A DNA stretch of 62,652 bases, counting the filler, from Choristocarpus tenellus KU-1152 (lineage: Eukaryota; Protista; Phaeophyceae), in assembly GCA_964200185.2 (NCBI GenBank). It is 7 parts of 7 records of this genome, joined end to end, with 100 filler letters (N's around TTAATTAATTAA, not from the genome) between each part and the next. Parts side by side here need not be neighbours in the genome. Positions count along the whole stretch, not along the records: positions 13,589 to 20,212 come from CAXNAD020007727.1; positions 20,313 to 24,975 come from CAXNAD020013567.1; positions 25,076 to 38,922 come from CAXNAD020001348.1; 4 more parts are not named here. One strand, given 5' to 3'. The notes under the pieces are model-generated. The model did not search any database. It saw only the letters and a program-made list of their open reading frames with translations, and had not been told where the DNA came from. Positions within the stretch are counted from its first letter, which is position 1. Every line of letters begins with the position of its first letter. The position numbers and the translations under genes were made by a program. Shown piece by piece: positions 13,790 through 26,128 of the stretch.

Positions 13790-14950
13790 CCTCAGTCTCC
13801 TCCACGTCGTAGTCACCATCAATGTTGTGTTCTCAGTCTCCTCCACCTCGTAGTCACCATCAATGTTGTCCTCTCAGTCTCCTCCACAAGTTCATCTCTA
13901 TCCCAGGTGTCATCAGATTCATCACCATCACCTAGTCCACCTTCAATCCAGGTGATTCCATCATCATCACATTCACCCCATCTCCTGGATTTCTCCAGTT
14001 CGTCTTCGTACATTTGGAGGGAGGATGTACCCTGGAGTGTCATCCAAATCTTCATCATTCCTTTGGCGTGCATGGAGAGAAAGGATGAACCCTGGAGTGT
14101 CATTCAAATCTGCATGATCCCGGTCTAAATCAGGGATTGGAAAACGGACTCTGCCATCCTTGGTGGGGTGCCAATTGTATGTTTTCTCGCTGAATGACAC
14201 GATTTGTAGTGAAGTCTAGGACGCGGAAAGTGCCACGGGCTTGATTGTCAGATATACCAACCATGATGCACTGTTGCCTACGACTCCCAGGTTAATGTCC
14301 TGGACTAGACTAGACTTGTAGTATCCAGGGGTGCCAAAAGCTGGGAGACTCACTAGGGACCCGATTTCCCCATAGAAAGCTCGATAGGGGGAAGTCCCCT
14401 TATTGGCAACAGTTGCACTTCTTCTGTTGAAGATGTAAGCTGAATGGTTGTATGCCTCTCCCCACAACCACATTTTGTTCTCCAATCCCGCAGAGTAAAT
14501 GCTGACCTTGGTACCACTATCCACTTGGGTGATGCGACGTTCGACCACACCAATATACTGGGGTTCCCCTGTCCTAGTCATTTCCTGTACTGCACCCATT
14601 TCCATAACCAAGTCCTGGGATTCCTCGCTCTGCCACTCACCCCCTGGGTGATGTCGAATTCTTTTCCTGTCCACCTTGCTTTCATTTTCTATTCGTCCAA
14701 ACCAAAAGGGTTTGCATTTTGGCGACCTATCAGCACTATCCTAGCCTTCATTGTCTGTCGTTAAGGTGCTCGTATCTCTGATTCCGACTGCTGATATTCA
14801 ACTCCTACTCCTTCTTCCCAACACCATGTTATTGTTTTCCTTCCGCACTTACGTTCACCTAGACAACATAGACAACATACCTTTGTGCAACAATCCATCT
14901 TACCTTGTCTTCTGCAGTCAAATCATGTCACATCCTATAGACCAATCCTA
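13790..14950 (-). mobile_element. Ty1/Copia LTR retrotransposon remnant (integrase region plus acidic linker with internal 39-bp and 57-bp repeats)
   Basis: 'WLWGEAYNHSAYIFNR...GTSPYRAFYGE...LPAFGTPGY' is the Copia integrase C-terminal signature; the frame is disrupted. Confidence 0.8.
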
Positions 14951-15799
14951 GTTCGTTTCAACAAATATTCGAGAGTGTTTGATGTTGACGTTGTCGAGGG
15001 CTTTCCGTGCTTCGTGTGTTCTGCGTATTGGTGTGTGTTACGTTATTTATTTCACGTTTAGTGAGGTCTGTTGATACGAAGGTGTATCTTTTATTGGCAA
15101 CTCTGGACACTGACCATCCTCTCAGACCTTTTTTGGTCCTCATACACTACATAACTTTATTGGAACTAGTGGGTAAGAGATGATGGACTCGAGCCATCTG
15201 GATTTACTGTCTGCAGACGAGCTTGATATATCTCTGCGCTTGAGTTACTTGCTATCTACTACGCCAGGTGGCACAACAAGCGAACAGGACAAGGATGCAC
15301 GAAAAAAGGAAAAGCGACTCCTAAAAGAGGCTAAGGTGATCCTTGACTGAATTGCCACCCACACCACGTGCTTTTTAGCAACTTTGGGTTATTATATGGT
15401 GTAGGTTTATTCTCTTATGTCTATGACAGGATCTCTCACGAAATCGACTCGAACTGCGGAGTCACTGTTCCTGTGCAGATGTTCCACATAGTGTTCATGT
15501 CTTCCCTCAGTTGTGGGGACCATAACTTGCCCTTGGCGAAAGAAGTGAAATATTCTGCCATCCTAAACTCTAATCTTCTATGAGATATCACAATTGGGTA
15601 GTGATTGCTAAGTGAGGATGCACATAACATGTAACAGCTCCCCACAAGTTTCTTCTCCACCTTCACATAACCTCATATCGCAAGGTACTGCAGATATTAG
15701 TTGGAGATCGCTCCCGACTCCCTTCTTTCTGGAGGCAAGTGCATGCCGTATGATGCATTGAAAATTTTCAATGTGTGACAGCACATGTGGGGAAATCAC

Positions 15800-17000
15800 T
15801 TGTCCACCCCACAAGTGTTGGTACTGGACTGCCCATGTAGACGTGGTGGTTTATAATGCTAGTGAGATCCCACCAGCTCCTGCTTCTAACCCCCTCTTCT
15901 TGTTCAACATCGAAGTTTTCGGGTGATGTCTTATCGAATATCGATCCATTCGACATATCCGTCATTCTTCCAAAGCAGAGGTCGGCAGACCCATCGGAGC
16001 AATCTTGACACACACAGGAAATCTGCCTGAAACCAGGTTCAACTTTAATCCTTAATTCAGTGCTTGTAACCGTAAGCTCTTCCCCTTTCCCTATCCCCAA
16101 CCGTGAATTCCAAACCATGAATCTTGATGTTCTAGTCCTAACCCTATAACATCTGGGTGGCAGGTAGCAAGGGCACTAGAGGCGAAGAAGACAGCAGCTG
16201 CCACTACATTGGCGCCAGAGAAAAAGGTCAAATTTGTGGGCAAGGGTGGAGAGGCCAGGGTAAGCATAGTAGTGTGGTGAAGCAATAATTTAGAAACAGT
16301 ATGGAATGGGCTGGTGAATTCCTTGATTTGACACTTTGTTTGACTGCTGCTGATAATAGTACCTCTAATGTTACCCTGGTGCATTTTTTCGATAGGTCTC
16401 CTGACCTAATATTTAGGATTAGAGTCCGTGGTAAAAATACGTGAGGCACTGGTGGTTGCAATGACACACACATGTTTGATAGTCTTTTTGGTTTCGTTGA
16501 GATATGTACCTTACAAGTCAATTTGGGAGACCATTGATGCCATGGTGACCATGGCACTACCCTTTAAAATGCATTCCGTGCTGGGTTGAGCTTGTATCAC
16601 CGCATGCTTGATCATATTTGATCTTCGGCCGAATTTGTTCAAATGTCCTTCTTAATCCTCTTGGAAGGGAAGTTTAAATCTTAGATGTTTCTTGTCCTCA
16701 CTCCCATGACAGTCAAGAGTGAGGAGTGGTTCAACCATCATGCTGACCTCAACCACATTCCAATTGTTGAAACATGTTGTGTTGAACTTCCTCAGTCCAA
16801 CTCTGGTAAGCTTCTCTCTCAGCCATGCTTCCTTTTATTTTCCCATAACATGACCATTGCAGACAGTTCCTTGTCCTTGTATCGTCAATTGCGCACTAGA
16901 TAAATTTTGATGGAAGTGGAAGTAGAGCTGTATTCAACCTGCCTGTTGCTACCTCCCCTGCAGCTTGGCCCTTGCTGATGATGCTTGCAGAGTCCTCCGT
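15800..17000 (-). mobile_element. Probable Ty3/Gypsy protease to pre-RT remnant
   Basis: Degenerate fragments 'VEVSMMVEPLLTLDC' (protease-tail-like) and 'LTSIINHHVYMGSPVP' (pre-RT H.I.TG..P-like); no intact frame. Confidence 0.3.
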
Positions 17001-17569
17001 CCATTGTGTTGAGCTTAACTTCCACAATTCCCATTCTCTAGTCTAAGGTCCCTAAACTTTGTGAAGAAAGCAATATGTAGTTGGCATATGTGACAGCAAA
17101 GGATGGGTCCCAGAGTTCATTGGGTAAGTATTGTTTATTAGCTGTGGTTACCAAGCTCAACCCCAAGGATTGCCATCAGTAGATTGATGCGCAATCTAGC
17201 AGTCGCTCAGTGCCTATCTATTTTGAACCTTTTGAGTGAATAAAATCTCAAAGGAGGGCATTTGTGTATCTCTCCTGACTTGAATTGTATATATATATTT
17301 TTTGAACCAAACGTGTCGTATGTCTGACCCAACATCGCTGAGTGTTATTCCTTGCATTCCTGAAGAAATATATGTTACAATGTTAGTATCAATGTATCTC
17401 TTTTCTCTCACAATTTCCAGTGTGTTTGCTCCCCTGCTCTCTTGCCATGGATGAGTACAATGCATGATACTAATGTCTTGACGCATAGCAGGACACGGAT
17501 ATCATTATTATACTGAAAATAAGGAATACCACATTGAAGTCAATACACATGGTGTAACTTTTAGTTTAG

Positions 17570-17650
17570 TGCCTCGTTGGAACGGTAGTGCCTCGATATT
17601 GTTGATGAACTTGGATGTAGGTTCAAATCCCAACTGAGATTTTTTTTTCT
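17570..17650 (+). repeat. Degenerate tRNA-derived (SINE-head-like) sequence
   Basis: Pol III B-box GGTTCAAATCC at 17620-17630 followed by a T-run; weak A-box-like segment upstream; no cloverleaf. Confidence 0.3.
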
Positions 17651-18220
17651 CAACTTCCTGTAGTGGGAGGATGTAGGATATGGTGAAATTGAATATACTG
17701 TGGGGCCTGAGGAGAAGCTTAATGATTAGGACGGGAGTTTAAATATTAGGGTTAGGGTTAGGGTTGGGTACCCTAACCCTAAATATTAGAAAGACCCTCA
17801 ATGACTTGATGGAGTCTAGTTGGGTGGTAGTCTGCAGGTTAAGCTAGTAGGTGCCTTGGCCTCTGATGTGAGACAAGTACGTCAGTGTACTGGTTGACCT
17901 CACTGCCTTGACATCCTCTCTCCTTATCTTTGATGAGCAAAATGTTGTAGTGTCCTTGTGGGGGATTTCATTGCCAAAAGAAATTCTTGTTGTGCTTGTT
18001 GGCTGTAGGTGTGAATCAGCAACCAGCACGGGTAAGACTCAAGGATCTGCTCCTCTATTAGTTTGATTTTAAATATCGTGACAATTGCCTCTTGGCTCAA
18101 GAGATCACTATATGCTCCCTTTTCCTTTAATGGAACAATGATTACTTGTGATTGCTCTGGCACTAATCTCTGCATAGGCTGAGGTTGATGTGAATACTGA
18201 GGTTGATGTTGCTTCCCTAG

Positions 18221-19042
18221 TCTCCAGTGCTGACCTACCTGACTTGGGCGAGGCCCATCAGTTCTTCTTGACCACTGCAATCAACTACACTAATGGTACG
18301 TTTCTACAGATCAATGAGCACTGTGCAGTTGTAGTTTTTGGGTTTAACCTTGATTGCTCTTCCATTTGACTCATGTGAATTATGAAGGAGTGGAACATTT
18401 ATCATGTGCATGTGCTTGAGCATGAATTCTGCATTTTATTTCTTTCTATTGGAGACTTGGGTCTTGCCCTAGCTATTGATTCGGTTGGTGTAGGTGGCAA
18501 GCTACTGTGGAATGAGGGGTACTGGAGAAAAGATGTGTGGAGAGAGGGCTATATGTTTGTTACGCATTTGAAAGTCTATGCATTGGTGTTGAATTTTCGT
18601 ATTTGAAACCTTTGAATGACTTACTACCAACAAGATATTTTATGGAAGCAAGGAGGGGAGTTCATGTCATGTTTGGCCTTAGGTAGTAGTCACGCATTGC
18701 ATTGTTTCTCTCGCTACTCAACCGTACTGCTGCATCAAGAAAAACATTTATGTGCCCTTCAACATTCAAGAAACGGATGTGGTCAATTGTTTTGGTGATA
18801 TTGTTCCCGTGCCATTGAAAATAATATAAGAAGCTAGGCTAGATTTAGGGTTAGGGTTAGGGTTAGGGTATGACTTGCTATTTCCATATCATGAGAATGT
18901 AAAGCTACTGCCACCGTCACACTCCTTTGTGATTTTGCCAACACTATGTTATTTGTATTTTTAGTGCTCTTACTACAGAATTAACATGTACCCTATTGTT
19001 GCTAACAGCCACAATCAAACTCCTTCTTGTGACACAAACACA

Positions 19043-19076
<34 letters not shown>

Positions 19077-19334
19077 TGCATCATTAAAGCTCTCCCCTCC
19101 CCCCCTCCCATGCAATGTGTCCTGTCCTCATGAAACCGCCTGAATTCAAAACAGGCAATCCTCACATTGGCCACGCTTATGAGGCAGTGACATCGGATGT
19201 CATCAGCCGGTTCAGGCGTATGTGTGGTTGCCGAGTATTTTTTCAGATGGGATCAGATGAGCATGGACAGAAAATTGCCAACAGTGCAGCACGCGAGGGA
19301 CTTGAGCCAATAAACATCTGTGACAAGTATGCAG
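18221..19334 (+). CDS. metG: Methionyl-tRNA synthetase, partial (exons ~18221-18295 and 19155-19334)
   Basis: Spliced translation 'FFLTTAINYTN|GNPHIGHAYEAVTSDVISRFRR...GSDEHGQKIA...ICDKYA' carries the class I HIGH motif and the MetRS DEHG motif; the phase-1 intron is GT-AG. Confidence 0.92.
19035..19076. repeat. (CA)n microsatellite
   Basis: Directly visible. Confidence 0.95.
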
Positions 19335-19377
19335 GTGCTACGGGTAGTATTTTTGGGGTGATGGGGACAAGGAGTTT

Positions 19378-19476
19378 TTTGTTTGTTTGTTTGTAATGTT
19401 TGTTTGTTTGTAATGTTTGTTTGTAATGTTTGTTTGTTTGTAATGTTTGTTTGTTTGTAATGTTTGTTTGTAATGT
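19378..19476. repeat. Compound (TTTG)n-TAATG minisatellite
   Basis: Recurrent 'tgtttgtttgtaa' units. Confidence 0.9.
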
Positions 19477-20212
19477 TGTGTAGCTGGGGGAGGTCTCAGA
19501 CCCTGTATCAAGAGATAGGGTAGAGGAAAGAATAAAATTGTGTTTAATGTAATGGAAATGAAAAAAATTGAAAAAAAAAAAATGCGGACCGGGAAAAGTG
19601 TGTGATGTGGAACTGAACGAATTCAGTAATAGGTGCACAATCACTCTTGGCATCGCCCGGCAGAGAAAAAACGCTGTGAATAGCGCTATCGAGGGCCAAG
19701 TCGAGGGTGGTGTAGATCTGCTCATCTGAACACGACACGTCAGTTACCAGAAAAAAAAAACTGAAACCAATCACAACATTCGCCTGAGAGGGTTGGGGTG
19801 GGGGTAGGGGTTATTTATATATTTATTTTTGCTGAATGTGTTACAGGAGTTGACTCGTCAGACTGAAATGTATAAAATACAGAGGTCTTCATTTTTTTTC
19901 TTTTTTTCTTTTTCCCGGTATGTCTAAAAAAAAAGTTTTTTAAAATCTGAGCAATAGCCTTCGTCGTGTTTGTAATTATGATTATTTTTCCCCTTGGGTG
20001 TTTGGGGGTGATGAGCACACAACATGGGGCCATCCACAACCCTTACCTATTTGACCTATTGGTTGAGAGGTTGAGATACCATTCCTCCAGCTAGGCCCTG
20101 ACCTCCAATGTTCCCCCCCCCCCCCCCCCCCCCCCCCGCCCCGCGGGGTTCCTTTGGCCCTTTCTGCTTGTTGGCGGAAGAGAAGGCCCCACCCACGCCC
20201 CCCCCCCAACAC

Positions 20213-20312
20213 NNNNNNNNNNNNNNNNNNNNNNNNNNNNNNNNNNNNNNNNNNNNTTAATTAATTAANNNNNNNNNNNNNNNNNNNNNNNNNNNNNNNN
20301 NNNNNNNNNNNN
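20213..20312. other. Artificial contig linker
   Basis: N44-TTAATTAATTAA-N44. Confidence 0.99.
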
Positions 20313-20496
20313 TTTTTTTTTTTTGATCCTTCCAGATGTTCTTTCCCTCCTTTCCCCCCATCCAGGTGGAGTATAAACCCCCCCCCTTCCCCCCCCCCCC
20401 CCCCCCAAACCCTTGGTGTCGCCCATTGTGGCAGTTGTGTTGGGGCATTTGCTTAGGGTGCACCCCTGATCCGTCCTGTCTGTGCCCCCTTTGCAG

Positions 20497-23216
20497 GTGA
20501 GTTGTAGTCGATTCCAAAGCATGCTCAAGACTTACACCTATGACCCCAAGGCGTTTCGCTTCTCGGTGAGAGGTTGTATGTTGTGACTTGGCTGAGGGGT
20601 ACGAGCTTTTTGGTCAGCAAGCTGTACCTATGAGGGAACACTTAACTTTTTTGCAGTTTGTTCTAGACTCTCGCTTTCATATCCATATCCACATTCACAT
20701 TGTGCAGCATCAGCCTAATATACACCAAGCCATACATGCTATGTGGTCTTTTTACCCCTGAGGTAGTGTGTCAACCTATTAGTGTGTGAACCTCTTGCCT
20801 TAACATGCTTCTGCTCCACCTTTTTGAATGCCCCGCCTCCTGTTATTTTTTGTTTACATTTATGGTGGCCTAACTTCCTGATTGCCCTGGCCAACTCTGC
20901 TCACTAGGGGATGCCAACCCTTCCTTGTGGAAGAAAGCCATCAGGCACTCACTCTTTGGAGAGGGGAAGAAGAGGGGAAGAGTCAGGAGGAGCACGTGTT
21001 TCCATTGATGTCTCCAAGGCCGTGGCTGATTTTAATGGATTGAAGAAAAGGTGGCTCGGTCGTGCTCTGCCTGGTTTGCGGAAGGAGGTGGTTGTAAGGT
21101 GTGTCATTCACCCTCCCTCTGCACCCAGCCTTCCTTTCCTACTCATTCCACCTGCACAAATTAACTATTTGTAGGATAGCTCACTCGTTTTACTCCCCAC
21201 CTCCCACATCCTGTACTGTACTGTACTGTACTGTAACCTGCACCCCTTCAGAGTGCCCTCTATTGCACCCTCCAGCAATTGCTACCTCATTTGAGAATCC
21301 CCCCCCCCCCCAGAAAAAGCCATGAAAATCGACTAGCAGTGCGGAACTGAAAGATGAAAGTAAAGGTCTATCGGTGAATTTACCCACCCAACAACAGAAT
21401 ATTTGGTATTATGTACCATGATTCTTGTTCCGATATCCAGGCAGTACGACAATAACGTTTAGGCATGATAAGCGATTTTACTAGTTTGGGTAGGATTGGT
21501 GTTTGTTCCGTACTCCCGTTGATCGTGATGAAGATGGGAGTACAGATATTATTATCCACTCCAAAGTGTTTTTACTTTTTGTTCGTATTTTTGGACCCCA
21601 GGTGTTGTCTTTTGGAGTGACGTGAGAATCGTTGACTTGAGTGACATGGGGGTGACGCCCTATCATAAACACAAAAGAACTCTCCTCCTGTAAGAGTTTG
21701 CCCAAGTCTTTCCTGATGACGCTTTTGAAAAGTCGGTAAGAAGATCAATCAGTGGGATGATCAGGCTCCCCACCAGCATCTATCAGTTGTCAACCCCACT
21801 TTTAAACCTTTCTTTGCTTGTGTTTGCAGCGAATGCCTGCGTGGCCAACCAGGACGTGAGGGAGGCCACACTTCCTCTAGTGGATCTGTGCAGCCATTTT
21901 TGCACTTCGACCGACATCAGGCATTTGTTGAATTCCAGAACGGATTTGCTCTGTTTATGAACTGTGGTGGCAAAGGAAAGCAGGTTGAGCACACAAGGCA
22001 AGTTGCTCCTGGATGGGTCATGGATGCAGGGTCGTAGGGAATGTCAAGATGGATGGGTTTTCTGCTCTCAAGTGTGATAGGTGGTTGTCCTCTCCAGTGT
22101 AATGTGAAGGAGTATAATCCTTTGTTCTGGCACAGATTTATCCTCTAAATGAGGGAGTGTTTGTTATTTGGATCATTTATCTTTGGAAGGAATGGAAACA
22201 AGCAAGAGGGTTCAATGAAATTCAAGGCAAGTTCTTGTCCTCCTCTTGAGGAGTTGGACAAGCATTGCTGATTTGTCGCATTTGTGGCAAGGGCCTCAAA
22301 GATAAAGGATTTGCTGCAACCCTCCTGAATGTTCACAGGGTTGAGATAACGTGTGTCTCATTCCATACTTGACTATTGTTTTATATCACATTCACCTATT
22401 AATCGTAACCTAGTGCTTACCCCTTTTTTTCCATTCATGTACCCATTCCTATTGGCTATGATGTCCCACATATTCCCTCCCTGTTCTCACAGTGGCTTCC
22501 TACATGGGGGTGCAGAGGCTATATGGTACCTACGTGGTAGTGTAACAGTCTCTCCTGGACGGAATGGAGACCCAGACGCTGTGGTCCGTTTACTTCAAAG
22601 TTTTTTGTCTTCTGGCTCAGCTTCTCCTTCCTTGCTTGGAGAGATTCCAGCAGACAGGAATGGTAGGGGGGGTGACATGGGTAGTGGGGATTGGGCAGAG
22701 GTAGTGGGGGCAGCGGATGTGGTGGGCAAAAGGGGAGAGGAGTGGCCAAATAAAGAGAGTACAGTGGATGCATCATTACTAGGTGAGGCTTTGCAAGAGG
22801 ACTATCTTGACCTAAGGGAGGAACTGAATAGCAATGTGATGGTGGAATCTTCATCACAGTTGTTGGGTGGGGGTAATTCCGGTGGAGAGAAAGAGAGTAT
22901 GCCAGGTGTTGTGCCTAGAGGACAGAATGGGAATGAGGTACTTGTTTCCCCTCCCCAACTGGCGCTGTTTGCACGGGCAAAGGGAAAACCTTATGTCTAT
23001 TGTGGTCTTGTTGAGTGCCTTGAGCATGAGTATGTTTGGTCTAGAGAATCAATTCGCCTAGGGATGGTGCGCTTGAGACTAGGACTGCAAGACTGGGGAG
23101 AGGCATTTGAGGTTGAAGGTAGAGGTGGAGGGGGTGACGTTCCTGAGGTTTTTGTAGAAGGAGCACTCAAACTTGACCAGGAGAAAGAGGGAGGAGTGAC
23201 AAGACTTGAAGTATAG
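20497..23216 (+). CDS. 3' part of an uncharacterised protein with a C-terminal DUF3427/SRA-like domain (exons 20497-20565, 20908-21098, 21830-21997, 22493-23216)
   Basis: Phase-compatible exon chain including one GC-AG intron, ending at TAG 23214-23216. Motifs: 'AFVEFQNGFALFMN', 'GFLHGGAEAIWY', 'LALFARAKGKPYVYCG', 'VRLRLGL'. The domain call is by eye only. Confidence 0.6.
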
Positions 23217-24975
23217 AGAAGATGAAAGCGTAAGGGTTTGGATTTGTCACTCTGCTGCTGCATATCCCTTACATGATTTATGACCCTGAAGGGCATGATT
23301 GAAGTATTGCTGGATGTATATCTTGATGTGGATACTGACTGAGAAACAAGGATTTTAAGTTTTCTTGCTAGTTAATGGAGTACTAGGAGTATAATTAGAC
23401 TACGCCTTTGCACCCACCCTTCACAAGTTACCTCTACAGCTTGGACTGTGTCAGAAAGGGTTCTCAACGGAATACCTGGGTGCATGAAACCTCTCATGCA
23501 AGAAAGATTTTGCTTTGGTTCTCATGTTTGTATTCCCATGTGTTGCTCTGAGTCAAGTCTACGAAGGCAGGGGGTGTTCAGGTTTGCCGATAATGCATGT
23601 TTTGATCACCCCAGGCTAAATTGGCGTAGGTAAATTGCACTGCCTTGCAGTCCTATCTTTATTTCTTTAATACTGTTTCAAGGCAACACCTCATATCCAA
23701 CCACAGTCCAAGGCGCAAGGAGTGTTGCCTGTAGGGTGGCGCTTTCTGTAGATGCACCCTCTCTTCATACTTTTCTTTCCTTCAACTTCTTAATGACAAG
23801 AGAGATTGAGGGCGCTTATTCCACTCACTGGCCATTGAAAGCGCACTGTTGTAAGAATTGCATGAAGCCAATTCGCTCAATGGGGTGAGCCACTGAAGTG
23901 TGTTGATTAAAGAGTGATCCTTACTTGGTGCAATGGTGCACTTGAAGTTGATTTTCCACTTTCCAGGGACAATAAATCATAAGACGATAATCCCCTAATA
24001 TGACACCTTTTTCCAGATCTGTATGAACAAGAGATTTAGACTGTGTACACTGTACGGGAAAAGGTACACTCAGAGGAGAGTAGTGTTGCAAATACTGCTG
24101 AGCATCCCCCATGTTGTAATGGAAGGGTCATGCGTGATCTCCCTTTCCATAAGAGTTTGTGCTCTGGTTCGGTTAGAATACTGTCATTATTTCTAGATAG
24201 GGTTAGTTTAGCCCCAAGTTGATCTGTAGGGATGGCATCCTGGTCCATATCAACGATAAAAATAGTAATCATCTGAGCCCAGATGAGGAAGAATAGTTAC
24301 GCCTACGAACACAGGTGCCTTCGTGGAATGGTCACGGGTGCCTTCGTTCGCCAGAGCCAGGAAGTCTTCCTTTCCTCGTTCTCTAGCAGAACCAAACCTT
24401 CCTACAGCCTCTGTCGCACAAGGTGTTGAGTGATACCAAGTCTGAGGACCCTGGTGACCTTTTGTATCGTCGCTTTCATCATTGGTACGTTAGTTAAGGA
24501 GTAGAAAGTAACCGTCCACACCCTGAATCCTTTTTGGCGTCGACATGACGTTTCAGTTTTCTTTGGCAGGTTTCCCTAAACAAAACTACATACCACTTCC
24601 TCCAAATGGAAAACCAGAAATTGGTGGAAAAAACTGAAATGTTCATTTTTCTCCAGTCACTCTTGAAAGGTTGTAAGATGGATTCCTAAAGAACGGAATC
24701 CACTTTTCTCCAACGGTCCAACTTCTTTCTTATAAAAGTTGTTTCCACTCCTGATATTAGTATGTTACAATAAATACACTTTTTTTTGGTGATACGCATG
24801 TTTTTGTGCAAATTACCTTGGGAGGTAATGCTATTTGTCAGTAGTGAAGATAAGAAGGTGTGAAGCCTCACACGACCCCCTTTGCTGAACGTGAAAAGAA
24901 TGGATGGTTGAAATTAGAAGAGTGAGCTTTGTGGGCTGTCTTCTCATTGTTTATTATTATTGTTGTGTTTTCGCT

Positions 24976-25075
24976 NNNNNNNNNNNNNNNNNNNNNNNNN
25001 NNNNNNNNNNNNNNNNNNNTTAATTAATTAANNNNNNNNNNNNNNNNNNNNNNNNNNNNNNNNNNNNNNNNNNNN
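24976..25075. other. Artificial contig linker
   Basis: N44-TTAATTAATTAA-N44. Confidence 0.99.
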
Positions 25076-25104
25076 CCCCCCTCCTCACTGTACAATTCAA
25101 GTAC

Positions 25105-26096
25105 CTGCAGGGTCAGCTGCCTCGTCCTGGAGTGCTGGTGACCCAAGTTCAACACCAGTGGTCGAAGTATCTGATAATAATAACAAAAAAAATGGGAGGA
25201 GAGAGTTTGGACAACCACAATAAATAAAAAATGTGACAAAAAAAAACAAACCGGAAGGGAACAAAATGCAACACTCTTTCATGGTGTTGGCGAAAGGATG
25301 AGAACATTAAGAGGATTACAAAAGGAGAGAGAGGAAGGAGGTCTGTGCATTGGGGTGGAGGTTGGGGGTAAAATGTGGTGAGTGCATGGGAATGAGATGG
25401 CAAGGGAAGACGCGAAGGGGGGAGGGGGAAGGATGTCAACACGACCACGATTCAATTGGTAGATCCAAGAGGGTGTTCACACAGAGGAAAGAAAGCAACA
25501 GATCTGAGGGAGAGACCAGCTTTGTTCAGAGTCTCACTCCCAACTTCTGGCAAACACCCAAACATACAATAACTAATGACAAGCACACCAGAGCATTATC
25601 AGTGGAGATTTAACATCTCTCCACCACTGCACAACCATGACCGCCATTGTTGCGAACTGAAAGAACTCAAGGCTATTTTTTATTTTTCTCAATTATCTCA
25701 ATTAAAAAAAGAAAAACATGTTGGCGCGTGAGCTGTGGCGAGCAAAGCGAACGTAACACAGAGCGAGGCGAAAAGCCCGTCGGCTCCCGAGGGGCCCCGC
25801 TGGAGGTGTGAATTTTTGATGTAACCCTTTTTTTTATTCTTTCTCCATTGCCAGAGGTGGCAGTCTACTGCGATGGTGTCTGAGGCGGGCTATTGCTCAT
25901 GTCTTGTTCAAGGAATGTCAGAGAGTATGTGGGTTGGATGAGGGGATTGACCGCAGAGGGCGAAGATGTATTTATCATCAACTCTTATTGTCAACTCTTT
26001 TCACAAAACCAAACACAATCATTGGGGAGTATATGTAGCACACAAAACAAAATAAAAAAGATAATTTTGGCATTGCTTGCAACTTCTGAGAGAGAG

Positions 26097-26128
<32 letters not shown>

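Noticed and set aside
14960-15150. Candidate LTR next to the Copia remnant
   Set aside because: TG start and AATAAA are present, but there is no second copy, PBS or TSD to confirm it.
23600-24490. Minus-strand exon-like blocks at the end of contig 3
   Set aside because: Stops in all frames of the larger block and no recognisable motif; cannot distinguish gene remnant from TE debris.
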